Assembly (NCBI RefSeq): GCF_006345805.1
Contig: NC_043005.1
Span: forward strand, 56,110,001-56,174,000
DNA length: 64,000 nt
Origin: Octopus sinensis
Lineage: Eukaryota
Direction of reading: 5' to 3'
The translations under genes and the position numbers were made by a program. A model generated the notes under the pieces. It did no database searches and was not told the origin of the DNA. It saw only the letters and a program-made list of their open reading frames with translations. The first letter of the stretch is position 1, and the number at the start of each line of letters is the position of its first letter. This document shows positions 12,135-25,266 of the stretch, in pieces.

Positions 12135-12420
12135 CAAGTTTTCTGATAATGATTGTCAAGCTCTCTGATAATATTTGGCAAGCTTTTTGATGATGAATAC
12201 CGAGCCTTTTGATAATGGATACAGAGCCTTTTGATAATGCTTGCCGAGCCTTTTGATAATGCTTGCCGAGCCTTTTGATAATGCTTGCCGAGCCTTTTGA
12301 TAATGCTTGCCGGGCCTTTTGATAATGATTGCCAAGCCTTTGATAATGATTGCCAAGCCTTCTGATAATAATTGCTAAGCCTTCTGATATTGATTGCCAA
12401 GACGTCTGATAACTTTTCTC
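12135..12420. repeat. 22-bp minisatellite (ttgccgagccttttgataatgc)n with degenerate flanks back to ~11900
   Basis: Near-perfect copies at 12240-12330 with decaying copies on both sides. Confidence 0.9.
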
Positions 12421-13289
12421 TGAGCTATCTAAAAACCCAGCTAAACTTCCTTATAACAACCCTAAACAATTAGCCTATTAAAGCTCAATTGCTTTGAGCT
12501 AGCCACTGGCTTTATTTTGAGGTTACTGGTTATCTATATATTTCTACATCATTGAGGTTATTCTGACTGACAGATAACGGCAAGCATAGATCGTTGTCAT
12601 ATTAGCAGGAGAGAGAAAGAAATAAGTTGGAGGAGAGTAATTATATTGTAGATGTATGAAAAGAAAACATTGTAATACTTTGCTCAGAAGTGAATGATTT
12701 ATAAATCCATTAGTTCATAAATCTATTAATACATCTTAATATACTCACACACACAGAAAATTGTTCCCACTCTCACACTTTAGCTGTCTTTCATTCTCCC
12801 TGTCAGTGCTTTTCTTTTGCTCTACTCTCTTTCTTTGCTTTACCTTTTCTCTCACTTCTTACTATACACTTCTCTCTCTCTCCCCCTCTCTGTTTATCTC
12901 TTTATGTATCTATTACCCTCCCCCATCTCTCTCTCTACCTTTACTTGATCATCATCATCTTACATCTCAATTTCCTCACCTTCCTGTCATCATGTTGTTT
13001 CAGAGGATGCCAAAAGTTCTAACTCCAGGTTATATAACCTTCTAGTGATATATATACCCTAGATGCAGGACAGCAGTAGCAATTCAATTAACTAGCTTTC
13101 CATTCATTATCATATTAGAGTTTATAATGTGTTTATTGAATTAGACACATGCCACACATAGAACAGCAATGTATATATATGGTAACTTTCTTTAACACAA
13201 TTTACGACTGCATCTAAGCCAGCCTCACAGATTCTAATTCAGCCAAACTTGTCTGTAATTCTATAAGTACTTTCTATAGCATACATCTT

Positions 13290-13821
13290 AATTATATGTG
13301 TGTGTATGCATGTGTATAGAAAGACATGAATGTGAATATATGTGTGTGTGTGTGTGTGTGTTTGCATATGTATAGAAAGGCTTTGAATGTGTGTGTGTGT
13401 GCACTATGTATATATGTCTGTACATTTATATTATATGTATGGGGAGAGAATTGCATGTGTGTGTGTATATACATATGTATAATTGTATATATGTGTGCAT
13501 GTGTGTGTATATAGGTATGTATATATATCTGTATTGTATATGCAGCTGTATGTATGTATATATATTTGTATGTGTGTGTATATATATATATTTGTGTGTG
13601 TATATATAGATATATATATATATTTGTGTGTGTATATATAGATATACATATGTGTCTGTGTGTATATATGTATATATATATATACACATGTATATATTTG
13701 TGTGTGTGTGTTTATACATGTATATATTGTATGTATGTATGTATATATGTATACATGTATACATTTGTATGTATATATCTGTATGTATATTTATATATAT
13801 ATACACAAATGCATATATTTA

Positions 13822-13872
<51 letters not shown>

Positions 13873-13950
13873 GTGTGTGTATGTATGTTTATATATAAAT
13901 GTATATATTTGTGTGTGTATGTATACACACACACACACACACACACATGG
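13290..13950. repeat. Compound (TA)n/(TG)n/(TATG)n microsatellite
   Basis: Direct reading; explains the Y/I/C/V/H/T-rich ORFs in the track. Confidence 0.95.
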
Positions 13951-14101
13951 TATCCTAATTTCTTGCATGTTATTGAATTTACTTATTGCTGTAGCATTCT
14001 ACGCCACTGTCATTAGACTGCAAACGAATTGTTTCCAATCATTCGTAATCTCCATCTAGAAAGCGTCTTTTATTCTCTTTGAATTTCCATCACGTTTCCA
14101 G

Positions 14102-14133
14102 AATTTGTGTGGATGAATACACAGTATTTCATT
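14102..14133 (+). CDS. Candidate small exon of + strand gene ((R)ICVDEYTVFH, phase 2 to 1)
   Basis: Acceptor ttccatcacgtttccAG and donor ATT|GTAAGT. Phase matches exon 3282-3348. Confidence 0.35.
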
Positions 14134-16321
14134 GTAAGTGTCATTACTCTGATCTTTATCATTAAGGAACCATTGTTACTATCAGTGCTGTCACAAACAC
14201 TGGAAGTGAGTGAATGCTTGTTTAAGTCAAATCTATGACTTGGGGTTTCGATTCTCAGCTGGTAACCATTTGAATTAATGTTGATTAATAGCATTTGTAG
14301 AGGTAAGGATGTCAGAACATCCCTTTTGTCATTTGTTTATAAAATCTGAGATTTTGAGGCAATGCACGAAATCACCAATATTTCAACAAATCCTATTTGT
14401 GTGTGTGTTTCATAGTAATACAAGCTGGTTAATTTGTAGGGGTTGTTTCAAGATGGTCAGTTAAATTAACATCAATACGTGATCGGTACTTTTGTTTTAT
14501 CACTTTTGTAGTAATGAAAGGGTGAGTTGTGTGATGTTTTTTAACTTCTGAATGTATAGAATCGACACTAAAAACGTTTGAAGGAGTTCAGTCTGATACG
14601 CTAGTGGTTCCGCTTCTACCATCATCTCATTAACCCTTTAGTAATGAACAGAAATATATGACCAATGATGTCTAAGTTCCAATCACACGGAACAACCTAA
14701 CAGGATATTGTATAGTAGTGGTAATGGTGGTTGTAGTGGTAGTGGTAGTAAGTAGCCATAGTATAAATTTATCTATGTTTCTTATGCATTCTGTCCTTAC
14801 ATTAGATTGACTTAATATCTTATTGTCCATTTTATCTCTTGTGTGATATTCAAAGCAGTGTTGCAAATGACTGAGATATTTACATCACTGCACCAACCCA
14901 CCCTCCCAACCAACCGACCAACCATCCAACCACCCAACTCTCAACTTTCTCTCAAGAATTTTTATTAAAAATCCTCTTTTATTACAATCTCTTGCTTTTC
15001 TTCTGTTTGTCACAGTCCTTTGGATTTACATTGTCAGTGATCACAGTAACACAATAGCATCCATCTTTTGTTTTTGACTGAACACTGACAATTGCTATTA
15101 TTCAATTTATGTTATTTTCCAGCAAAAAGACAAAAGCAACAAAAAGGAAAAAAAAAAGAAAAGAAAAGAAATAGAAATTCTATTCAATTTATTTAGCTTT
15201 TATTTTTGCTTGGCTCATTTTCATTTTCTTTTGTTATGTTATATTTTTACTCTTTCTCTCCGTATCCACTGAATATTCTCCTGATGCTGTGTCAAAATCT
15301 ATTAGTTGATCAACATTTGGGAATTTAGCTGGAACTGAATTTTCTTTTAAATTACTGTTCGCTGTAATCTATTTATTTATTTGTTTGTTGATCTATGTAT
15401 TTATTCATTTCATACTCTATCGATTTCTTTATTTAATTGTTTGCACAATTAGCTGATTAGATTTGATATGTCTTGTGCAGTCATCTAACAAACTCTTTCA
15501 AAATAACGACCAGCCATAACGATTTAGGTTCTAAAACTACATGTCTTTGTTAATAATTTAAAGCATATCTACCTCTTAATATCTCCTAACCCTCAGTATC
15601 TCCATCTTCCTCCACAAATAGGTATATTTAATCTCTAATTACTACACTGTAAATTTTGGGAACATTCAGATTAACCCCACAATCATAACTGTGAAGTTAA
15701 AATGCTTACCTCATAACCACACTTTTCCGAGTTCAGTTCCACTAAATGCCACCTTGGGCAAATGCCTCCTACCACAGTTTTGGGCTGATCAGTGCTTTGT
15801 GAGATGAATTTGGTAACCAGAAGCTGTGTAGAAGCTTGCTTTTTGTATGTGGTGTTTGTGTTGATATTTATTGCTTTTATGAAGTCCACTTTGCCATGCT
15901 CACATGGTTTGGATGGAATTTGTTAAGGTGTATTTTCTATGGTTGGTTGCCCTTCCTTTCACTAACTATCAGGTACTATTTCCCTGGTTACCACGCACAT
16001 TTTCATAGAATATTGCATGACAATTACACTCGTTTTACAACTATCATGAGATGTCAAGTCAAGGATACATAAAACACACACACACATGCTTCCATCTACC
16101 AAGTCCACTGAGAATGTTTTGGTTGATCCAGTGCTGTAGTGTAAGATATCAGTCTAAGTTACCACACTGTGGGACTGAACCTAGAATCACATGGTTGGGA
16201 AGCAAACTTCTTACCATATCTAGATTTTGAAGATATAACTGTGTTTGAATTTAATCATTTTTTTTATTTATATTTTTCTTATTAATCTTTTCCCAGAGTT
16301 GTCAGATAGAATACCTTACAC

Positions 16322-16508
16322 TAGTGGTTCCAAACCTGGGGTCCACAGACCCCTAGTGGTCCACAAAGGTAGAAGTGAGTGTCTGTGAATTAAATTCAAA
16401 ATTTTATATATATATATATATAAAGATAAGCATATTAAAAGGGGTCTGTGGGAAAACTCATTTACATAAAAGGGTTGGAAACCATTGTGAAAAGAGTGGG
16501 AACCACTG
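16322..16508. mobile_element. hAT (Charlie-like) MITE
   Basis: Ends tagtggttccaaacct / gagtgggaaccactg. 8-bp TSD ccttacac (16314-16321) / ccctacac (16509-16516) with one mismatch. Confidence 0.8.
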
Positions 16509-16900
16509 CCCTACACAATTTGTTCTGTTTTTGTGATCCGAGTTCAAATTACATTGAGGTTAACATTGCTATTCTTCCTTTCGGAGTCAAAAGTATCAGC
16601 TGCGGGAAGTTGATTGGTGCAGTTGTAAGAGCACCAGATAAGATACCTCAAGGCAGTATCTGTTCCAGACTTTTGCAATCTGATTTCAAATTCTACCATT
16701 TATCACTGACCTCATTTTAGCGGGTAACAAGTCTTTTGGGGATTTGACTTGATTAACTGTGATAGGCCTCCATTGTTAGACAGTGACATGTCAGATAAAG
16801 CTACACTTCAGTTCCATGAAGATGCATACCTGAAAATACTAACCCTGTGCCACTTATCAGCTGAATGCTAGGTTAGAAAAAAATTTTGTTTGTGTTTTAT

Positions 16901-17128
16901 TTAACCGTTTAGCATTTAAACTGACCATATTCAGTTCAATATTCCACTAGTTTTAGGTTCCAACCAACCAGATTCAGCCTCACATATGGATCTTGCAATG
17001 TCCTTCTAAAAATAAACAGTAACATCATCAAAATCTCAAAGGTACTTCATCATGTATGATTAATTCAAAACAAAGTGAAGATATAAGCATTACATTTGAC
17101 AGAATAATCTGAATGCTAAAGAGTTCAA
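16901..17128. mobile_element. piggyBac-like MITE (TTAA-CC.TTTAGCATT termini)
   Basis: ttaaccgtttagcatt ... aatgctaaagagttcaa inverted termini. Second copy at ~20816-21030. Confidence 0.6.
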
Positions 17129-17229
17129 TGCAACAATATTCCTTAGTACTTTAACATCTTATCTTCTGAATGATGTGTTAACAGTGACAGTATTATCCCT
17201 ATGTTTTTGTGGTGCATACATGTGTGTGT

Positions 17230-17590
17230 GTATATCATCATCATCGTTTATTGTCATCTTTTCCATGCTTTCTCAGGTCAGCTAGAATTTGTTGAGGCAA
17301 ATTTTATATAACTGGATGCTCTTCTTGTTACCAACACCCTCACCTGTTTCCAACCAAGGTAATATTTTGACATGAAAACAGAAAACGAACAACTTTGCTT
17401 GTAAGACAATGTTATAACCATTACATCAAACACACACAATGATCTTTCAGTTTCTGTTTACCAGATCCACTCAGAGGGCTGTAGTCACACTGGAGCTATA
17501 ATAGAAGACATTTGTCCAAGGTGCTGCATAGTGGAACTGAAGCCAAGAACACATGGTTTGGAAGCAAGCTTTCAACCACATTGTTACATA
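17230..17590 (-). mobile_element. RTE-tail element plus CORE-type SINE head
   Basis: (cat)n..ccatgc..actggatgctc..taccaacacc, then cagtttctgtttaccagatccactc...gcaagctttcaaccaca. Confidence 0.6.
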
Positions 17591-18059
17591 TACACCTGTG
17601 TGTGTGTGTGTGTATATATATATATACATATATAACTTTTGCCAGTAAAAAGATGTACATATCATTAAGAAAACTTGAAAAGTTTTGATCAAAAATGTTT
17701 TCCTAGTAAGTATTCATCCTGCATAGATAATACCCCGTTACTCTTAATATTAGAAGCTAGTAATTGATCCATCAGAAATCCATAACGAATAATGCTGTTG
17801 TACCGTAAACAACGTAAGATAGATTATATAAATAAATGGTCAGATTATATATATAAATAGTCAAATCTTTATTAATTTTATGTACATTACCTCTTGCAAA
17901 TGATCTACATTCATGGACAAAATTGTTTTTGGCATCCTTACCTTTTGCCAGACTTTATCGGGATCCAAACTCTAAAATGGTTTCCAGAAATATGCGAAAT
18001 CATTGTACTAGTAAATAAGAATAAGTTGGTCTTTCTCAAATTGACAACTGTCACCATGC

Positions 18060-18260
18060 TTAGATGCTGGAAAATAAGCATTAAGGAAGCAAACAACATT
18101 TTTATTTAGTACACATTGTAATGTTATTGGTGTTAGGAAGGGCATCCAGCCATAAAAACCATGCCAAAACAGTGAAACTTGTAGTAGTCTTCTGGCTTGA
18201 TAGCTCCTAACAAACAATCCAATCCATGCTAGACATTAAATGATGATGATGATGATGACA
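18060..18260 (+). mobile_element. RTE 3'-tail element
   Basis: ggtgttaggaagggcatccagccataaaaaccatgcc...cattaaatgatgatgatg. Confidence 0.75.
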
Positions 18261-19089
18261 CCCATGTCCTGTGCCAGTGCCATGATAGAAAGTTGCCATT
18301 CTACCATACTCCCATGAGACTTTTAGAAAGATTAGTGTACTGGTGATATAAAAGCACTCTTAGTGTACACTACAAAGTGATTTGCAGATGAACAGAGCAA
18401 GTATAGTATTGTGAGGTCCCTTTTGTCCTATCTCATTGAGAACTGTTAAATCTCTCTAGTCTCAATGACATAAGAAAATACACCTAGTACACTCTGTAAA
18501 GTGTATTGGGTATTATTTTCTCATGGAACTGGGTAACACTTAGAACTGGATCTGGTAGTGGGACCTTGGCATGGGTGTCCCAGAGTTTTGAGGCACGTGG
18601 GACCACTTCTTAGTTCTTTTTGTTCCCTTGAACTGTTGGGGTTCCAGCTATGGGTTAACTGGCATGTGTACCACCTGCTTCAAACCCAGACTACATCTGC
18701 TCTGATAGCTGGCGTTATAGAAAATGGTATTTGAATGGATGCTATGAAGAGCTAGTGTGTACATGAGATAGATAGATAGAGAGAGAGAGATAGAAAAAGA
18801 GAAGGAAGAGAGCGAGAGAGAAGGCAAGATGAGCTGGGTCACCCCCCACCCCTGCTGCTGGTGAAAGGACATGTATGAGCACTAGTTTATGAAACTTGTA
18901 ACTCCCAGTAAGAAGTGACTGACCATAATGATCCATCCAACCATGCCAGTATGAAAAATAGACATAAAATTATGATGATGATTCGCTCAAAGAATTCAGT
19001 CCACTTCTCAGCTGCAGCTGATAAGTTCACTAACATGGGATAACTTACCTACTGACACTTAGTACAAATTACCTTTATTTATTTATTAG

Positions 19090-19440
19090 CAATACCCTCT
19101 TTTAGCATGGTGAACAACTTCGCCCTCTACAGTCAAACCATAGAAGCCTTTACTCGACCCATTAGAATTAATGGCTTATGTCTTCCAAACCACACCCCAA
19201 ACAATTGAACAATTAAATCATTTTTGTCCTTCTTCATTTATACTTTCCTATACTATAAACGTTTTGATTCTTGCTAGTCTTATCATGGAATACACCAAAA
19301 TCAACAGCTCCAGGTACCACCTTAACCCAAGAATTTACAATAATCCTAACTAGTTATTTCAAATTTTCCCTCTTGTACAAATGAAGCTTTTGCTCATAAC
19401 TGCTCAAGATAGTAGCCAAATTTCCCTCAAGTTACATCCT
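19090..19440 (+). mobile_element. Possible degenerate Penelope-like RT remnant
   Basis: TIEQLNHFCPSSF.. resembles the LNxxHPxIKFT thumb motif; heavily frameshifted. Confidence 0.3.
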
Positions 19441-19570
19441 AAAATTTGAAATCAGGAAAAGATACATTAGATAATGTAGTTCCACATGTCCTCTAAAAAG
19501 ATAGGAGAGGTTGACTTGGAGGCCAAACTATACTCCCTCTCCTTTTTTTTTTTCCATTCTCTCTCTCGTC

Positions 19571-19601
<31 letters not shown>

Positions 19602-20815
19602 GCTATAAAGAATTATTGCAATATCAACTGAATGGGACCAGTGTTTCCATGAAAGTTGATGGTAAACTAATCTATGCTACTTGTTTTCAAGCTGTACCTT
19701 TAAGATTATGCTAAATTATACAGAATTCATGCTGCATTTCCTTCCCAAACCCACCAGACCTATGTTTTATAACACTATTTCATTGTTCTTTGACATCTCT
19801 TATTTACATCGATGTCTGTTTTTATTGTGCTGACATGAACTGATCTGCAACAGAACATCTCTTAATATACGTCTTGATCATGCACCCTATGTTTTATGAG
19901 GTTGTTGCTTGGATGTTTATGACTAGATGACCTTGTCATGACCTCCCTTTCCTGTGAAGAAACATGGTAAATTATGTCATGTCTATTTTTGTAGTTTTGT
20001 TCAAATATAATTTTATGTTTTCTTTTTCCTTCCTGTGTAAAATTCTCATGTTGGTACTACCATATAAACATTTACTTTTATCTTCATTTCCAATTGTTTT
20101 TTTGTTTAATTTTGTTTTTTTGTATTGATAATTTTATCCGTTTTCATTTTTATGTTAGCAAATTTTAAAAACATAGTTCAGGTTTCTTTTAATTAAAATG
20201 CTACTACTCTATGTACTGTGTTTTAATTACTACCAGGTAAAGCATCAGTACTTGATCATTGTTCAATAATTTGATGATTTTCTTTGTAAATATATTTTTG
20301 GTCTTAAAAAACTCTGATAAAAATTTTCTTTGTTCATAATTAATTATACAGTTTGTACAGATCTTATGAATCTTCAAGGAAAATATCCCATACAAATATT
20401 CTCAAGGATATTCAATTTTGAACTCTTACGTCCGTTATCTTAATGACTAGTTTAAATAACTAAGAATTAAATGAATGAGGGTGAACTCAACCAGAAGTGA
20501 TTTCCATGTTGAAATTTTATCAATACCTTAAAAGAATTGTTTTCTCTTTGTTCAAAATTTCAATTGGAGTTATTTTATTAGAAGTAAAATATCTAAAACT
20601 ACAAGTGGTATTTTCTTTCATTCTGTAGTTTTATATTGACTCTACTTAAATTATTTGAAGAAAGTAAAGATGATAATTAACACGCCTCTGATGTAAATTC
20701 ATTTATGTTTGCAGCTGGTTACAATGCAACTATGATGTTAATAACATAATAATAACAATTTCCTTATATTACATGACTAATTAAACAAATTAAAAAGCAA
20801 TGTTTTCATATGCTT

Positions 20816-21030
20816 TTAACCCTTTGTTTATTTGGCCATATTTTTCAGGCCAAAATAGTCTACCTCTTTTATGTTCAAACCAGCCCGATCTCACCTACCT
20901 TACAATATCATTCTAAAAGTAAACAGTAACATCAGTGAAATCCCAAAGTTATAAAATAATGTACAATTAATTTAAAACAATGCAAATAAACAAGAATTAC
21001 ATTTGACAGTATAGTCTGAATGCTCAAGTG
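20816..21030. mobile_element. piggyBac-like MITE, second copy
   Basis: Starts ttaacccttt and shares taaacagtaacatca and ttacatttgacag..ta.tctgaatgct with 16901-17128. Confidence 0.55.
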
Positions 21031-21218
21031 AACGCTTCTGAGGGGCCAGCAGCTTTTCTTATTGTCGTCATCATCAATTAATGTCCATACTCCATGCTAT
21101 CATATGTTGAATGGTTTAACAGGATCTGATGTGCTAGAGGACTGCATTAGGGCTCCAGTGTTTTTGTCAGTATAGTTTGTATAGTTGGATACCCTCCCCA
21201 TACAAATTTCTACTAATA

Positions 21219-21293
21219 CTTATGGTCATATCACCTGGGTAGCTTTACAGATGAATAAGCACCAGTTTTCATCTGATCACTAAAGTTAATCAC
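21219..21293 (+). pseudogene. 5S rRNA-derived fragment (5S pseudogene or SINE3-like head)
   Basis: cttatggtcatatcac ~ CCTACGACCATACCAC; tgaataagcaccagttttcatctgatcactaaagttaatcac ~ TGAATACACCGGTTCTCGTCCGATCACCGAAGTTAAGCAAC. Many differences are CpG-decay type; ~17-nt insertion. Confidence 0.6.
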
Positions 21294-23248
21294 TTTTCAG
21301 TTGTCAGTCTCAGATGACTTATGAAGTGCATGGGCATAGCCCCTTCCACCAGACCCTACAAGAAAAAAAATGGTGGGGGTATTTTTCTGTGTCACATTAA
21401 AGAATTCTTTTTTTTTTCATCTTTAGAAACAAGTTGGTACTAAAATATTCTTCTTTTAAATAAGTGGTCTCAGTGAGTAAAACCAATATAAATACTTTGT
21501 TCCAGTAACTACTAATTGTTGCTAATTGGAGTATATTAGTTTTGAGACAATAATAGACGAAAAAAAATCCCATAGTGGAGGAGCTATCAAAGAAACTTGC
21601 ATATTTATGTGGTCTTGTTCTCTCTCTTTCTCTCTCTCTCTCACACACACAAAAATTACCATCTTAGAAAAAGAACAATTGGACACTGTTTCTGGGTGCA
21701 CTTTACATGGGAAAATGGCAAAATGTTGTGGCTTCAATGCTTTGATAATAGATCTGCTTAATCAGATCTAACCCGGAGACCATGTTTTCCCATTCTTTAT
21801 TAAGTCCTACCATTTAATTCTTACATCCTCATCTTTTACATTATTTCTACTGCTATGTTGTCTACTGCAGTCCCTGTAGCTTGAAGCAGCTTGCCCTTCA
21901 GGAATATTTTGTTATTCTTTATTACACCTGCTCGTACGTTCATACACACAGACATCCGCAATCATATACAGTTTTCCTCCCAATATGAAATCAATAGCAG
22001 TACTTTTAAACAGCAAATTTAAATGAATAGAATAAAGATGTTTTTGTGTAAAGGAAAGAAACAAAACAAATAGCAATAATAATAATAATAATAATAATGA
22101 AGAAAAAGTGAAAACAAGTTAGAATTGTTAATTGCCTGCTTTCTGTTGCTTAAAAATAGGAATACTTGTGTCTTTATTGTCAGCTCATTCAGGCATGTCA
22201 TTTCTACTTAAAATCAATATTTTCTACAGAAATATTTTATGTAAGAAAAAGTAATGTGGAGGAGGAAAGTGTTGTAGCACTGATGATAGTCTTGTTGAAA
22301 GTAAAAAATAAAAGAGCCATTTAAAAATAGGTGAATGTAGTATGATTGAAACATATGCAAACATCATTATTTTATAGAACTCTTAGATCTGTCCTCTCTT
22401 GCTTTCTTTCTTTCTTTCTTTCGATATTTTAATTTCAATTTGCTACCCATCCAATTGCATTTTAACTTCTTACTCTAAATGAAATTTAGTTTCTTTTTAT
22501 TTGGAAATTTCTAATTGATAACAGTTAAATTGTTTTGTAAAAAAGAACAACAAGGATATTGTTTTAGTTAATTCAATTGAAATTACATTTATTTTTCGTA
22601 ATATTAATTCCACATTGATCATTGTGATTGCTTTAATGGCTGATAGTCCATTACTGCACAGACTGGATAGCTCTGTTATACAATACAGGATGGGTTTTTT
22701 TCCCTCTCTATTCAGAGGTTTGGGTTTCATTGATAGGGCTACCTTTTGTGTCTCAGGAGCAAGTCTGTTATGTTTATCTTGGAGCCAGAATTAGGAAAGT
22801 TGCTCCACCAAATTGAAATCCTTATCCACTCCACTTATCTTAGTATGTATGCATGAAGGTAGGTTCTGAGTTGCAGCCAGAGATTTGTATCTTGGTTTTC
22901 AAAAGTATACAGAAGGATACATATCTTCTAGAAGCTCACAGGCTATATGACTTTTCCTAATACTTTTTATAGATCCAAGCAAAACCAGGTATTGCTGCTA
23001 GTTTTCATTATTTTCTCAGCATCAAAGAGCAGTGAATAGCAAAAGAAGAAAATAGAAGAAAATGGCTTGTAGTATTTACTTATTCAGTTCTATATTTAAG
23101 AGTTGAGGAATTATGTACATTATTTACATTTGATGGATATTTGTCCTCATCTTGTTTGTTGTTAACACGTTTTGGCTGATATACCCTCCAGCCTTCATCA
23201 GGTATCTTGGTTCTCATTCGTAAGGTATATTTCGATGTTATTATTCAG

Positions 23249-23314
23249 GTCACTGCCTGGAATCGAACTCGGAATCTTGGGGTTAGTAGCCTGCACTCTT
23301 AACCACTACGCCAT
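23249..23314 (-). ncRNA. tRNA-like Pol III head within the Penelope-derived unit (not a functional tRNA)
   Basis: - strand ATGGCGTAGTGGTTAAGAGTGCAGGCTACTAACCCCAAGATTCCGAGTTCGATTCCAGGCAGTGAC: intact A box and B box; no clean acceptor stem. Confidence 0.7.
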
Positions 23315-23755
23315 TTAGGGCTTATAAATCTGATACTTTCCTATCCTTCCTTAATCCCGGTTCCCATATGCTATTCATATATGCTCTCGGTCTGCTTACG
23401 TGGTTGTTGTGTCCTAGCCTATGTGCTGCTTCTTTTCGGATTTTCCAGTGGTGTCCTCTATCTATCATTTTAACTTCATCCCACAGAGGGAGGTAGTCTC
23501 CATTTTTCCATACATGATCAGCTATACCCGATTTATCAATATCTCCTCATGTCACAGGTTTGCAATGTTCCCTACCTTTATTTTGAGGGGGCAGCATGTT
23601 TCGCCTTTGTATAACCTACCATAGCTGCATGGGATGGAATACATGCAGTTTTGTTGTCATATTCTCTTTTATTGGTGGTTTTACTTGAAGGAGATATTTG
23701 CAAAGTGAATACTGTCCTGATGTCATATGGGCCGCATATCTTTTGTATCTTTTCC

Positions 23756-23798
23756 CAAGACACCTGATGAAGGCTGGAGGGTATATCAACCGAAACGT
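23756..23798 (+). ncRNA. Minimal type I hammerhead ribozyme-like core (degenerate); inverted copy at ~23166-23209
   Basis: CTGATGA (23764-23770), stem II GGCTG..CAACC (CAGCC in the other copy), GAAAC-GT (23792-23798). In the left copy the GAAA is mutated to AAAA. Confidence 0.5.
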
Positions 23799-24639
23799 AT
23801 TAATAACAAACAAGATGAGAACAAATATCCATAAAATGTAAATGATGTATTTACTTATTGTTCTTTACATTCCCAGTTCAACTCCTCTGATGTTTACTTC
23901 ATTTTCTCCAGCCATCTGGGTTTGATAAGGTTTTACTGTAGCCTTCATAAGTCCTTAATTTTATGTTGGGTGTCTTTGTCAATCATATCAATGTAACTGA
24001 GTGTAGTCTTTATCCTTTTATTGAGGTGCAGAAGTCTGCAAAATATAATATCTGATATAGCTTGATGTTTAACATGATAGCAATGGCCAGTGAAGCCTAC
24101 GTTGCATTGAGCAACAATAGTAGAAATGGACAGAATGCATCCATAAATCTCCACTTTGGATTTGTACTCAGACCAAGAGATGTTTTGAGCCCTCTTGAGA
24201 AACTTGGTATATTACCTACACAGTAATCTTGAAGCTCTTTTTTAATAATACATTTTATCTTAATATTGAGTATAATACTTTAAAGTGTTAAGAATGAAAA
24301 TGCTAGACCACCCTATCACGGGAAATCTCACATGGTTGTCAAATGCACAAGATGTCATTTGCAAAACAAAAACTGTTCTTCCTCTTTGGGACAAGAAATT
24401 ACTTGAGAACCTTGCAACAACTAATATACAAAGGTGAGACTCTTGATGGACACATTTCAGAATGTAGTCTGAAGTGCACCATTTATTTTAATAAAAAAAA
24501 AAGTAGGATGAATGGTCATGTCTGAAATGGCTTTGATCATTGGTTTAAACACTGAGCTTCCCAGGGAAGATGAATGATTAAGTTGACCTCAGCTGGATTT
24601 GAACTTGGAAAACAAAAGAGTGTAACCAAATATTCTTTT

Positions 24640-25085
24640 TTACTTTAAGCACAAAGCCCGAAATTTTGAGGGAGGGTGCCAGTCGATTAGGTTGACCGTA
24701 GTACACAACTAGTACCTAAGTTATTGACCCCAAAAGGATGAAAGACAAAGTTGACCTCAGCGGAATTTGAAATTAGAATGTAAAAACAGACAAAATACCG
24801 CTAAGCATCTCACTTGGTGTGCTAATGTTTCTGCCAGTTCACTGCCTTAGTGTAACCAAAAATTGTAATTTTTTCTGGTATTCTGTCAATTCTGCAATAA
24901 TGTTGGCACAAGCCAGCAATTTTTTAAGGGTAGTGAGTTTGTCAATTACACTGACTCCAGTACTCAACCTGTTTTTTTTTAATATTTTATTGACCCCAAA
25001 AGGATGAAATGCATAGTTGACCTCAGCAGTATTTGAACTCTGATCATGTAGATGCCACTCTGCATTTATTCTGGTATGCTAACAA
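24640..25085 (-). mobile_element. Two tandem family A tRNA-derived SINEs
   Basis: ttgaccccaaaaggatgaaa..agttgacctcagc.g.atttgaa repeated twice. Confidence 0.8.
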
Positions 25086-25222
25086 TTCTATTTATCACTA
25101 CTTTGCTTATGGCGATAAATACTTATGTCTAGTTTCATTTCAGTGGAAAATTAGACATGTGTTTTTCTTACAACAAAATCAAAACACATACCTACGAGAA
25201 AACTTTAATTGCATATTTAAAT

Positions 25223-25266
<44 letters not shown>

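Larger units (their letters stand above)
23085..23846 (-). mobile_element. Penelope-like element derivative: GIY-YIG remnant + tRNA-like head + inverted terminal repeats with hammerhead-like cores
   Basis: 13-bp TSD gtatttacttatt at 23072-23084 and 23847-23859. ~95-bp inverted arms at 23116-23210 and 23755-23849. The - strand reads (frameshifted) YSIPCSYGRLYKGETCCPLKIK..GDIDKSGIADHVWKNGDYLPLWDEVKMIDR. Confidence 0.85.

Noticed and set aside
12134-12400. Repetitive ORFs (KARQALSKGSASIIKRLG..)
   Set aside because: Translation of the 22-bp minisatellite; no splice or start context.
23249-23314. Bona fide tRNA gene (also other SINE heads)
   Set aside because: A and B boxes are present but there is no acceptor stem; embedded in repeats.
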